IMG/VR virus record: IMGVR_UViG_3300024239_000011
Span: 434,001-498,000 of that record
Direction: 5' to 3' (one strand)
Length of the DNA stretch: 64,000 nt
Below are positions 18,322 to 28,336 of the stretch, piece by piece (position 1 is the stretch's first letter; the number at the start of each line of letters is the position of its first letter). Position numbers and translations under genes: made by a program. The notes beneath the pieces were generated by a model. That model was not told the DNA's origin, ran no database searches, and saw nothing but the letters and a program-made list of their open reading frames with translations.

Positions 18322-19609
18322 TTATGCTTCCTTTTTAAATAGTTCCCGGAAGACAGGGAAAATTTGGTTTGCTGCTCGAATCTTGCGCATTTGGAATTTA
18401 TCCCACCGATCATTAATCGGCTTGTAGGTACGCCATAGATCGGTTTCGCTATTTCCCCAATTTTTGTATTCGTGACCCACTTCAATGAAGGCGTAATACT
18501 GGACGATTGGTAGAATTTTTTCGTTGAGCAAATTTTGGCAGTACGTATTGTCCGACGACACGTTATCGCCATCCGACGCTTGCGCGGCGTAGATGTTCCA
18601 CTGATCCAGGGGATACCGCTCGCGGATGACTTTATCCATCAATTCCAGCGAGGTGGATACCACGGTGCCGCCAGTTTCGGTGTCGTAGAAGAAGGTTTCT
18701 TCATCGACCTCCTTTGCTTCATGGGTGTGACGAATAAACACCACGTCGATACGCTGATACTGACGACGTAGGAAAAGATAGAGCAACATGAAGAACCGCT
18801 TCGCGAGGTCTTTCATGTGTTCGGTCATCGATCCCGATACGTCCATCAGACAGAACATCACCGCTTGTGTTGCCGGGAGGGGATGCTTGACATGAAGGTT
18901 GTACCGCACGTCCACCGGGTCCACAAATGGTACCGATTTCATACGACGCCGAATCGTTTGAACTTCCAAATGGAGTTCAGTCAACCGGTCGGTTTCTTCG
19001 GTAGTGCGCGGAGTTTTGGTTTCCAAGCGGAAGATTTCCGCCTCCAATTCCTTCAATTCTGCCGTCTTCGGACGGCGCAATGCAATCCGGCGACCAACCG
19101 CATTACGCATGGTCTGACGAATGTTCAAATTGCTTGGATTGCCTACGGTTGTGTAGCCACCACGTCGATACTCATATGAGATTGACTGCCGCAATTGCTT
19201 CTTGACCATATCGGGCAGTTCCAAATCCTCAAAGAAAATATCGAGGAATTCGCTGCTGTTAAGCACAAACTGAAAGTCATCCTGCCCTTCGCCGTCCGGG
19301 GAACCTTCGTTCCCTTGACCACCGCCCCGGCGGGATTTGGGGATAGTGTCGCCGGGGACATATTCCTTGTTGCCAGGAACGACGCGATCATGCCGACCAC
19401 CTTCGCCATGGACAATATGCGGCTCGCGGATGCCCTTGCTGGGGATGACAATTTTCCCCTTGGTATTGGCGATATCCTTGATATCGGTTTCGCCAATATG
19501 TTTCTTCACGGCTTCCTTGATTTGCTCTTTCGCCCGGCGAATGAAACGCTGCCGATTAACAAGGCTTTTGCCCTGCGGGTTTTTGCGGCGGTCGATAATG
19601 TCCAGCATA
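18322..19609 (-). CDS. yeaH: YeaH/YhbH (DUF444) vWA-like protein
   Basis: IIDRRKNPQGKSLVNRQRF, PGNKEY, AVMFCLMDVSGSM, ETGGTVVS, QASDGDN. Confidence 0.95.
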
Positions 19610-19891
19610 TCAAATGATCCCAATCCCAATTGTGATGGTTTTGATACCGTCGTTCTTAGCGCGGCACTGAAATTCTGCGACCAGACCACCGCGTTCTTCT
19701 CGAACAAATACCGTGTAATTGGAAATTTTGCGTTTCCACTTCAACATTTCACCCACTCGTGAAAGTCCTGCCTCAACCCCCGCCACCATTGCTAGTGATG
19801 GGGGATCGAAGCTAAAAGGCTCGACTTCTGCCCGAATTGCTTCGGTTAGGTCGAGTTCACCGATGGTGGTGGCACCGGAGAACGAGATCAC
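19610..19891 (-). CDS. Hypothetical protein
   Basis: 93 aa ORF filling the gap between the endonuclease and yeaH. Confidence 0.5.
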   Translation of the reverse strand: MISFSGATTIGELDLTEAIRAEVEPFSFDPPSLAMVAGVEAGLSRVGEMLKWKRKISNYTVFVREERGGLVAEFQCRAKNDGIKTITIGIGII

Positions 19892-19919
19892 GAGAAAAGT
19901 TCCAAACTAATATCGATCA

Positions 19920-20624
19920 TCATACACCCTTTGAAATAGTGCGCCCAGGATACCAACCTTCGCCAACCAAGTCTAACTCAGAAATATGGATTCGTTTGTT
20001 TTCGGTTCCGTTGGTTATCCATTTCCACTCACGTTTTTTCTCGGCACCTTTCTTATGACCTAACAACATTGCTTCAGTAGGTTCATTATGTCTGGCTTTT
20101 ACGGACTCCGCGATTTTCTCTCGCCATTCATCCGTCTTACCCTTGCCCTTCCGAACCTCTGACATTTTCTCCCGTACTTCATCAGGGAGGTTTTTACCGC
20201 GCCAACCTGAACCTATTCGGTGCCGCACATCATCGGCAAGGTCGTAGGTTTTACCTTTTCGCGGCGATGGGCGTCCTTTTTGTACCTTGCTTATTTTCTC
20301 TCGCGTTTCCGGTGATACGTCAGTGAGAACCGCTTGCTGAAGTATGTTATACTCTGGTTGTAATGTATCCAAGTAATGCTGTTCACGCTCAACTAATATT
20401 TTTTGATCACAGGCGGTTAATTCGGTTATTTCAAAGACAAATGCATCTTCACCATATTTGTTCCAAGCATTTTGAAGATGTTTATTGTGATGTTTACCTT
20501 TACGTAGTTCGCAGCGGTGTTCGGAAAATCGTCGTGTTATATCTTTACTTGAGCCGACATACCGTTTTCCGTTCTTTGTATTCCTAATCTGGTAAACACC
20601 TGATCGTTTTATATGCTGTGCCAT
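19920..20624 (-). mobile_element. Free-standing GIY-YIG homing endonuclease with NUMOD3 repeats
   Basis: SGVYQIRN...YVGSS, REQHYLD, ETREKIS/EVREKMS repeats; AT-rich insert within the prkA operon. Confidence 0.9.
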
Positions 20625-20749
20625 CTAGTCCCCGATGATAAACAGGTTATTACACCTATTTATCATCGGAGTTAAATGGAGTACGCGAATGCCCTTTTAT
20701 GCACACGCATATACCATTCTACTAAATGGTGAGATTGGTCGGAGTACGA

Positions 20750-22693
20750 TCAACCCGCCCGACGAACGCGCATGTACCATTCCACGAGACGGCGCACTTG
20801 GCGTTCGGTGTAGCCCTGCTCCACCATCCGGTTAAGGAAGTCGTGGTGTTTCTTCTCGGTGTCCTTGTCCTTCTTGGCACCGAACGAGATCACCGGCAGC
20901 AAATCTTCGGTGGCGCTGAACATGCGCTTTTCGATGACTTCCTTCATTTTCTCGTAGGAAGTCCACTTGGGCATTTTCCCGGCGTTGTTCGCTTTGTTGC
21001 AAAGCACCCACTGGACGATTTCCTGACGGAAATCCTTGGGATTGGCGATGCCGCACGACTTCTCGATTTTCGACAGTTCAGTGTCGAGAACCGTCATGCT
21101 GAACATCTGACCGGTATCCGGGTCTTTATAATCCACGCCCTGACACCACGCATCCGCATAAGACACGTAACGCTCGAAGATGTTCTGACCGTATTCTGAA
21201 TAGCTGTCCAGATAAGCTTTCTGAAGGGTCTTTTCCAGATGCTCGGCATACTTGGGCGCCAGGAACTCCTTGATGAATTCAATGAGTTGCTGTTCTTTTT
21301 CCTCCGGGAACTGCTCGCGTTTGATTTCCTGTTCCAGCACATACATCAGATGCACGGGATCAGCCGCAACTTCGTTCGGGTCGAAGTTGAAGACTTTGGA
21401 CAGGATTTTGAACGCGAAGCGGGTGGAGATGCCCTCCATACCCTCGTTGACGCCCGCGACATCACGATACTCTTGCATCGTCTTTGCCTTGGGGTCAACG
21501 TCCTTCAGACCTTCGCCGTTGTAGACGCGCATTTTTGAGAACAAGTTCGAGTTCTCGTGCTCCTTCAGACGCGACAGCACGCTGAATTGAGCCAGGATAT
21601 CGAGGGTTTGCGGAGCGCACGGCGATTTTCCGAGGCTACCACCATCCAGCATTTTGCGATAGATGTCCACTTCCTCGTCATAGCGCAGGCAATAGGGTAC
21701 CTTGATGACGCAGATACGGTCCAAGAACGCTTCGTTGTTCTTGTTATTGCGGAAAGTTTGCCACTCGGATTCGTTCGAGTGGGCGAGAATGATACCGTTG
21801 AACGGGATCGCGCCCAGTGACTCGGTACCGATGTAGTTGCCTTCCTGCGTGGCGGTCAGCAGCGGATGCAGCACCTTGATGGGCGCCTTGAACATTTCCA
21901 CGAATTCCATCACGCCCTGGTTTGCACGGCACAGAGCGCCGCTGAACGAGTAGCAGTCCGGGTCATTCTGGCTGTAGTGTTCCAGCTTGCGGATGTCCAC
22001 CTTGCCAACTAGGGCGGAAATGTCCTGATTGTTCTCGTCGCCCGGTTCGGTTTTGCAGATCGCAACCTGCTTAAGACGGCTCGGGATCATCTTGACGACT
22101 TTGAATTTGGAATAGTCGCCACCGACTTCCCCCAGCCGCTTGACTGCCCATGGGGAGGTCAGACCGGTGATGTAGCGGGTCGGAATGTTGTATTCCGCTT
22201 CAATTTCGTCTGCCAACGCCACCGGGAATAGGTTCAGGGGCGATTCGAAAACCGGTGACAGTTCGGAACGTTTACCGTCATCGAATTTCAGCACGTAGAT
22301 CGGGTGCTTTTCCATCAGCGCCTTCAGGCGCTCAGCCAGCGAGGACTTACCACCGCCGACCGGACCAAGCAGGTAGAGAACCTGCTTGCGTTCTTCAAGA
22401 CCCTGCGCGGCGTGGCGGAAATAACCAACGATGCGTTCCACGGTTTCTTCCATACCGAAGAAATCCGCAAAAGCCGGATACCGCTTAATCGTGCGATTCA
22501 TGAAGATACGCGACAAACGCGGATCGGTGCTGGTATCAATAACTTCCGGTTCACCAATTGCCTTAACCATGCGTTCTGACGCAGAGGCATACATCAACGG
22601 GTCGGAGGCGCACTGTTGAAGGTATTCCTCCAAAGACATTTCCTCTTCGTGATCCCGTTGGAATGTCGCCTGGAACTTACTCAAAATCGACAT
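20750..22693 (-). CDS. prkA: PrkA/YeaG family AAA+ serine kinase
   Basis: LLGPVGGGKSSLAE, EPGDENNQDIS, FVEMFKAPIKVLHPLLTATQE, AHSNESEW. Confidence 0.96.
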   Translation of the reverse strand: MSILSKFQATFQRDHEEEMSLEEYLQQCASDPLMYASASERMVKAIGEPEVIDTSTDPRLSRIFMNRTIKRYPAFADFFGMEETVERIVGYFRHAAQGLEERKQVLYLLGPVGGGKSSLAERLKALMEKHPIYVLKFDDGKRSELSPVFESPLNLFPVALADEIEAEYNIPTRYITGLTSPWAVKRLGEVGGDYSKFKVVKMIPSRLKQVAICKTEPGDENNQDISALVGKVDIRKLEHYSQNDPDCYSFSGALCRANQGVMEFVEMFKAPIKVLHPLLTATQEGNYIGTESLGAIPFNGIILAHSNESEWQTFRNNKNNEAFLDRICVIKVPYCLRYDEEVDIYRKMLDGGSLGKSPCAPQTLDILAQFSVLSRLKEHENSNLFSKMRVYNGEGLKDVDPKAKTMQEYRDVAGVNEGMEGISTRFAFKILSKVFNFDPNEVAADPVHLMYVLEQEIKREQFPEEKEQQLIEFIKEFLAPKYAEHLEKTLQKAYLDSYSEYGQNIFERYVSYADAWCQGVDYKDPDTGQMFSMTVLDTELSKIEKSCGIANPKDFRQEIVQWVLCNKANNAGKMPKWTSYEKMKEVIEKRMFSATEDLLPVISFGAKKDKDTEKKHHDFLNRMVEQGYTERQVRRLVEWYMRVRRAG

Positions 22694-22931
22694 TTCTCGA
22701 TCCTTGTCCGATTCCACCACCAAGGAACATCAATTCGATGCCCCAATACGATATAGCCACAAGAGCAATAGCCTGTCACTAAGTTTTGGGCCAAAGCGCG
22801 ATTTGATACCGCGCTCTCTGTGGCGATCCCGGTGAAAATATGCATACCCCAAGTCCATGGTGTTTGACTACGAATAAATTGAAGATTCGTTTATGGTTGT
22901 GATAGGACGTATCAAACGACAGGAGACAGTC

Positions 22932-23786
22932 ATGAAGCTTACGTTTTTGGGTTCTGGAAGCGCATTCTTTCCGCCATGGGAAGGAAATTATCAGTCTAAT
23001 ATGCTTCTCGAAACCGTAGATAAGCGACGTTTGATGATTGATTGTGGGACACACGCAGCACAATCTCTTCATGACGCTGGTTTGACGGTTTTCGACCTTG
23101 ATGCCTTTTATGTAAGTCACCAACATGCTGATCATATTGGTGGATTGGAGGAAGTTGCCTTCAAAACCTATTTTTCCCGTCTCGCCACTCTGCGCCAGAA
23201 ATACAACCTCCCCCAGGAAGACATGGTTGACCTGATGCAGATGTTTGCTGATAGTGGCGAAGTGCCCATGAAGACGCTTAAGCCGAAGCTGTTTGCGAAT
23301 GGTTCGATGCTTAACTACATCTGGGCGGAAAGCCTCAAGGGCGGGCTTGCAAGCATTCAGGGTAAAGTGGTCACGCTAGGTGACTACTTCGAATTGGTAG
23401 GTGTGCCGCGCAACGGTTCGTTTACCTGGGAAGGGGTCGAATTTCGGCTCATCCGTACCATCCATATCATGGATGGGTATGATTTTGTTCCGTCCTATGG
23501 GTTGATGTTTGAGGTGAATGGTAAGACCATTTTCATCACAACGGACTCACAACATTGTCCGAACCAGATCATGGACTTCTATCAAATGGCTGACATCATT
23601 TTTCAGGACTGTGAAACTACTCCCTTTAAGAGCGGGGTTCATGCCCATTTCTCGGATTTGTCTACCCTTCCGGCGGAAATCAAAGCCAAGATGTGGTTGT
23701 ACCACTTCAATCCGGGTGAGAAGCCGGATGCGGTGGCGGCGGGGTTCGCCGGATACGTCCAGAAGGGTCAGGTGTTCGATGTCTAA
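22932..23786 (+). CDS. MBL-fold cyclic nucleotide phosphodiesterase, Apyc1-like
   Basis: GSGSAF, IDCG...LHDAG, SHQHADHIGGLEEVA, W..SLKGGL, L.DYF, IFQDC, GVHA. Confidence 0.8.
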   Translation: MKLTFLGSGSAFFPPWEGNYQSNMLLETVDKRRLMIDCGTHAAQSLHDAGLTVFDLDAFYVSHQHADHIGGLEEVAFKTYFSRLATLRQKYNLPQEDMVDLMQMFADSGEVPMKTLKPKLFANGSMLNYIWAESLKGGLASIQGKVVTLGDYFELVGVPRNGSFTWEGVEFRLIRTIHIMDGYDFVPSYGLMFEVNGKTIFITTDSQHCPNQIMDFYQMADIIFQDCETTPFKSGVHAHFSDLSTLPAEIKAKMWLYHFNPGEKPDAVAAGFAGYVQKGQVFDV

Positions 23787-23916
23787 GGATGGATGGTTCG
23801 TAGCGTGGATACAGCGGCTATTTTGCCGTCACGAACGGGCGGGTGTCTTCCGGAACCCCGGTGGTAACAAGCTCATATACCACTGCTGGAATTGTGACAA
23901 GTATTGGACCAAATGA
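23779..23916 (+). CDS. Small Zn-ribbon-like protein
   Basis: MSKDGWF...FCRH...CWNCDKYWTK; start overlaps the upstream stop. Confidence 0.5.
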   Translation: MSKDGWFVAWIQRLFCRHERAGVFRNPGGNKLIYHCWNCDKYWTK

Positions 23917-23919
23917 GTT

Positions 23920-23941
23920 AAGGCGGGATTTCTCCCGCCTT
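23920..23941. terminator. Terminator between convergent genes
   Basis: AAGGCGGGA...TCCCGCCTT. Confidence 0.7.
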
Positions 23942-24416
23942 ATTTTTTGAGCCAAACTTGATCAGGGCGGAAGATGATGTATTCAGCTATATTGTATGAA
24001 TCGCCATCAAACACCACACCATCGTGAACCGACCGATCTACCATTTTCATTGCTTCACGCTTGGCATTTCCAAACGTCATCCCCTTACGCCGGAATTTTT
24101 TGATCAGCGGTGTGATGTTGAGCGGGTTCTGAATTTTCAGGTACGCCGATATAAGACGCTTACGCGGTCCTGATCCCCGGCGTGCAAAACTATAGGCATA
24201 CTCTGGGGATGGAGAGAAGTAAGTTCCCTCAATATCATCATTTCGATGTACCGGCGCCGCTTTGGTATCGAACGTATCAAAATCATGAGAAGTCCCATGG
24301 TAAACCAGAAGCGGTTTGCCAGTTTTCTTATCGACCACCACGCTGTTCCCAAACCATTGGGAGAACTGCGGATCGGTTGCGACTTCATCTTCTAAAAGGA
24401 TTTCGGAAAGGCGCAT
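23940..24416 (-). CDS. ADP-ribosyltransferase-like protein (ART-PolyVal type)
   Basis: MRLSEILLE; FSQWFGNSVVVD...PLLVYHGT, GTYFSPSPEYA, AYLKIQNPL, DGVV, EYIIFRPDQV. Confidence 0.78.
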   Translation of the reverse strand: MRLSEILLEDEVATDPQFSQWFGNSVVVDKKTGKPLLVYHGTSHDFDTFDTKAAPVHRNDDIEGTYFSPSPEYAYSFARRGSGPRKRLISAYLKIQNPLNITPLIKKFRRKGMTFGNAKREAMKMVDRSVHDGVVFDGDSYNIAEYIIFRPDQVWLKK

Positions 24417-24458
24417 TAATACCTCGCTACGACACGAGGTATTTAGGTAGCCACGAAC

Positions 24459-24490
24459 AAAAAAGGCGCTGGTGAAACCAGCGCCTTCTT
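24459..24490 (-). terminator. Terminator of the ancestral DUF932 gene
   Basis: AAAAAAGGCGCTGGT...ACCAGCGCCTT. Confidence 0.7.
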
Positions 24491-24504
24491 GGATGTGACG
24501 TTGA

Positions 24505-24639
24505 TTACGCCGCCATTTCCAGCGCCACCTTCATGGCGTGGTCCTTGATGGTCAGACCGCGCCCAACGGTGTTGTTGAACATGCGGGTTTCGTCATTTGA
24601 ACCCGCGACATGATCCATGAAATAAGTTACAGGATTGAA
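24505..24639 (-). pseudogene. Orphaned 3' end of the DUF932 gene
   Basis: Translates FNPVTYFMDHVAGSNDETRMFNNTVGRGLTIKDHAMKVALEMAA*, homologous to the C terminus of 25590-26684. Confidence 0.85.
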
Positions 24640-24673
24640 TAAATAAAAATATAAACGGAGGAAGGAATTATTA

Positions 24674-25567
24674 ATGTTTACAGCCGTAGATAGAACTCCA
24701 TATACATATCATATTTGTTGGACTAATTATGATGTTCATTACTATGGAATACGATGGGCCAAAGGATGTAGTCCACAAGAACTTTGGTCAAAATACTTTA
24801 CATCGTCTTCGAGCGTGCATAATTTTAGAGCAATTTATGGTGATCCTGATGTTGTTGAGGTGCGTCGAATTTTCGATGATATTACAAAAGCCCGTTTATG
24901 GGAGAATACTGTTCTGCGACGCCTGAAGGTCATCTACCGTGATAAATGGCTGAATAAAACTGACAACATATCTATTGCGCCAGAATGTTGCCGAAGTGCG
25001 TTTGGTAAACCTGCTCTTAATCGAGATACTTCAATCTACCGTTTTTTCCATCCCGAATATGGTCAGCGCGAATATACACGCCATCAATGGATGGTAGAGT
25101 TCCCCTCCTTAAATTCGACCACCGTTTGTATGTTGATACGGGGGCGAGTAAAACAACATCAGGATTGGGTTCTGGGCACCGATGAAGATTATCTTCGTGT
25201 AATGGCGGAAACGCATCAAAGTCGTAGCGCGGCTGCATCAACCCGTATACGTACTAATGAAAGTAATCGGAAACGAAGTGCTACACTAAAAGGTCGGTTA
25301 ATAACCGAAGAACATGCGCAAAAAATAAGTCAATCAAAACGTGGGATAAGGCAAAGTGATAAGACACGTATGAAGTTAAGAGATAAAAAACGCCAAGATA
25401 GTAGAATCTTTAAATTCTACTGTGATGGTCGTGAAATTTTTCATGGTACAAAATATGAATTTTTCGATCAATTCAAAAATGATTATGATTTGAAAAAAGG
25501 TGGTTTTAATTATCTTATCGCAGGGATTTGGTTGACATATAAAGGAATAACAAGCGAAGTGGTCTAG
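24674..25567 (+). mobile_element. Free-standing Seg-like (GIY-YIG variant) homing endonuclease
   Basis: PYTY....YYGIR...YFTSS, WE..VL, WLN; NUMOD3-like EEHAQKIS/KTRMKL; AT-rich. Confidence 0.8.
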
Positions 25568-25580
25568 ACCACTTCGCTTG
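25551..25580. terminator. 30 bp perfect palindrome between convergent genes
   Basis: CAAGCGAAGTGGTCTAGACCACTTCGCTTG. Confidence 0.6.
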
Positions 25581-25589
25581 TTATTGGTG

Positions 25590-26684
25590 TTATGCAGCCT
25601 TTGCAAATTCCAGGGCTACTCGTAGCCCATGTTCCTTGATGGCGACAGAACGACCGATTGTCGCATTGTACATACGACTTTCATCATTATTACCGAATAC
25701 ATGGTCAAGAACATATGTACAGCCGTTCAGCGCCGACCAAACCTTGCCACGCGAGGACGGAAGGTCAAGACCGGGCTGGTCATTGAACGCTTTAGCAGCG
25801 CGCTTGAACAGGTTTTTGCCACTGATCAGTTCACTGTTGATGTTCGCGACCGCATCCAGGGTTTTCGGCATGGTCATCTTGTATTCCTTCCCGTCCACCA
25901 CGACCAGAAGCGTTTTCTCGTTGAGAACCAGCTTGGGGGCGAACACGCGGGCGAGGTAGCGAACGATGCCCTGTTCATTGATGGCGGCAGTCGAGAGGAT
26001 TGCCGCCTGATCCTTGAACGTTGTCATGGCATGTTTCATCCCAAGGGAAACTTTCATTTCCTCGATGGCATCCGCATCGAATTCGCGAGAATGGCTCAGC
26101 CGCCATTCGCCAATTGCCCCATTTTTCCCAGCGGTCAACCCTTTTTCATTAAGACCCACCGCCATCGTATTGGCGCACACCACGCGGGTCATCAGGAACT
26201 TCCAGATCATCGACCGCCCGAACTTGTGGAAGTTGAACCCCGCGAAATAACCACGCACTTCGTCGCCGCCAGCCAGCGAGAACGCCTCGGTCGTCTTGGC
26301 GAGAAACCAGACCACGGTACCATTCTTGAGGGCACCAGCCGTTTCCATGGTCATCTGACCGTTTTCGACATATTCCGCGAAGACATTAGCGGCGTCGATA
26401 TTCTGAACGGGCTTGAACTTGTTGCCCACGATATCGAGACACACGGGATTGGTTTCGCCCTTATAAACGGGCGGACGCACCAGCATGTTGTTGCCGAGAT
26501 TGACGGAGACACCATTGATTTCGGACGGCAACGGCATGACTTCGACGTTCCAACCGAGGTTGGCGCGGTCCACCCACATACACGGCGGCAGATTCTCATC
26601 GATGGGGACGCCAAGATTGTGCCAGGGACGACCGCCCGATACCGCCCATGCCATTGACCGCGCATCAACAAGATCGTGTGCCAT
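25590..26684 (-). CDS. DUF932/DUF945 phage-plasmid family protein
   Basis: MAH, PWHNLG, ANLGWNV, FKPVQN, ETAGALKNG..VW.LA, RVVCANT. Confidence 0.85.
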   Translation of the reverse strand: MAHDLVDARSMAWAVSGGRPWHNLGVPIDENLPPCMWVDRANLGWNVEVMPLPSEINGVSVNLGNNMLVRPPVYKGETNPVCLDIVGNKFKPVQNIDAANVFAEYVENGQMTMETAGALKNGTVVWFLAKTTEAFSLAGGDEVRGYFAGFNFHKFGRSMIWKFLMTRVVCANTMAVGLNEKGLTAGKNGAIGEWRLSHSREFDADAIEEMKVSLGMKHAMTTFKDQAAILSTAAINEQGIVRYLARVFAPKLVLNEKTLLVVVDGKEYKMTMPKTLDAVANINSELISGKNLFKRAAKAFNDQPGLDLPSSRGKVWSALNGCTYVLDHVFGNNDESRMYNATIGRSVAIKEHGLRVALEFAKAA

Positions 26685-26844
26685 GATGTCCTCCTAAATT
26701 ACGTCACCAAATTTATCGTGACGCGCCTAGATTGTCAACCCATCATTTTCGTTGCCAAATTTAGACGTGTTTAACAGACAATCATCCCAAATAGCAAAGC
26801 ATAAATACCTCTAACGGCATGGTTACCTTAGAGGTTCTTTAGTC

Positions 26845-27015
26845 ATGATAGATAAAGCTGACAAGCTTGAGCAGCTTTTCGCGAGCAAAACCAAAGAGAA
26901 GGAAATCCGCGAAAAGAACCCAATAGTTAAGCAGGCGTGGGAACGCTACCAAGAGGTACTTGAGCTTTACATGAAAGCTGATACCCCTCGGCGCGCAAAG
27001 GAAGCCACTGCGTAA
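26845..27015 (+). CDS. Small hypothetical protein (56 aa)
   Basis: MIDKADKLE...REKNPIVKQAWERYQ; preceded by TAAATA and a GAGG SD. Confidence 0.65.
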   Translation: MIDKADKLEQLFASKTKEKEIREKNPIVKQAWERYQEVLELYMKADTPRRAKEATA

Positions 27016-27180
27016 TTATTGTTACGAATTTTCTTACTTTAGAAACCCGTATGGATCAACACAATAACTGGCACACCGTTTCTTGACATTATGTTGTAAA
27101 TTGATATGTCAATACTGTGGGCAGACAACCCAGATTGAGCATAGTTTACTAAACCGTCAATTGCTTTGGTGGTCTGGTTA

Positions 27181-27768
27181 TCACTCGACCCATTTCAGTT
27201 TGAAGAGGGTGGCATCCGAGGATTTTTGAAAGGCATACACGACGGAATTCAGTCCAGCAGTTGCCCAAATCGTCCAGGGCATACGTACTGTTTTCGCGAT
27301 CCATTCGTGTAAATCGTCGTTGTCCAGCGATTCCTTTGGCATTTCCACCCAGTACGGCAGCAGTTCCTTGATTGCATCCCCAAAAGAACTGGTGGTGCAA
27401 TTCTTCACGCGCTCCCACCACGGTCCATTAAAGAAAAATTCCCATTTGAGGCGTTTGTTTTTGTCAATCCACTGTGGGGTGATTTCAATGTGGTTCCCGT
27501 CCAAATACGGATTGAAGGTCGCATTGAAGGTTTCTGGCTCCCATCGGAGGACGTATTTTACAGCGTGGTTGATGTTGGGAATTACCAGCATACAAGAATC
27601 TGCTTCGCAGTAGTTATGAGCGTAGCGTTGAGCAACCGTGATTTTACCATCAGTAGAAGTAAGATGAAATTTGATTTTTTGTTTACGCAACCATAACACT
27701 ATTGTTAGTGGTAACTGCTTTTGGTAGAACTTGAATTGTATGGACATTCCTGACTCCAAAGCCTGCAT
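27181..27768 (-). CDS. ATLFxLxW family protein (two repeats)
   Basis: Ends FQKSSDATLFKLKWVE; internal HAVKYVLRW. Confidence 0.7.
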   Translation of the reverse strand: MQALESGMSIQFKFYQKQLPLTIVLWLRKQKIKFHLTSTDGKITVAQRYAHNYCEADSCMLVIPNINHAVKYVLRWEPETFNATFNPYLDGNHIEITPQWIDKNKRLKWEFFFNGPWWERVKNCTTSSFGDAIKELLPYWVEMPKESLDNDDLHEWIAKTVRMPWTIWATAGLNSVVYAFQKSSDATLFKLKWVE

Positions 27769-28073
27769 CTATCCTGTATACAGGATTGACAGGGTTCCTC
27801 GTCAATTATCGTTTTTTCTTCCCATCGCAGACGGAATAAAGTGGCATCACTTGTTTTTTGGAAATAATAACTGGTGTGTAACTTTCTATTATTGCTCGTT
27901 ATAAAAACCTCGGCAGCACAATGACCAACAATCCATAGGTCAATTTCTTTAGTATGGGATTGATCCAGTATCACGCATTGACGCATTTTAGTCGTCAATG
28001 CAATACCCCAGCGTCGGGAAATTGTTCCCACGTTATCACCGGTATTTCTGGAAAGCACTGTACCCATCAGCAC
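27705..28073 (-). CDS. ATLFxLxW family protein
   Basis: YYFQKTSDATLFRLRW. Confidence 0.65.
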   Translation of the reverse strand: MLMGTVLSRNTGDNVGTISRRWGIALTTKMRQCVILDQSHTKEIDLWIVGHCAAEVFITSNNRKLHTSYYFQKTSDATLFRLRWEEKTIIDEEPCQSCIQDRCRLWSQECPYNSSSTKSSYH

Positions 28074-28336
28074 CAGCGTATCTTAAACAGGGTCGCGTGT
28101 TGGCTCTGTTTGAAGCGGAATTGCCCTGAATTCCACGTCACGTAGCACCACAGGTTTTCGCCTGTTTTTTTGACCCGTTTCTCGGTACCAAAAATACTTC
28201 GAAGGCTTTGGGGGCATTTTGGACAATCCCCAATGGTTTCCCAAAGCCAGAATACGATAGGCTGACGGGAATTGACTGGAAATGGAATGGTTACCAAGTA
28301 GGGGTATTCAACCTCAACACCCATCATCAGCACCAT
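28067..28336 (-). CDS. ATLFxLxW family protein
   Basis: FRFKQSQHATLFKIRWC. Confidence 0.7.
   Translation of the reverse strand: MVLMMGVEVEYPYLVTIPFPVNSRQPIVFWLWETIGDCPKCPQSLRSIFGTEKRVKKTGENLWCYVTWNSGQFRFKQSQHATLFKIRWC

Noticed and set aside
19920-20624. Self-splicing intron or intein around the endonucleases here and at 40777 and 48947
   Set aside because: Flanking genes are complete and the spacers are too short for intron cores, so they are free-standing.
15877-23786. Bacterial chromosome or chimeric contig, given the run of host-like genes
   Set aside because: The genes are interleaved with phage endonucleases and TAAATA promoters and lack bacterial gene context.
25629-26657. 342 aa plus-strand ORF, and similar antisense ORFs over spoVR, prkA, mucR and the helicase
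   Set aside because: Shadow ORFs caused by GC3-biased codons of recognisable genes on the opposite strand.
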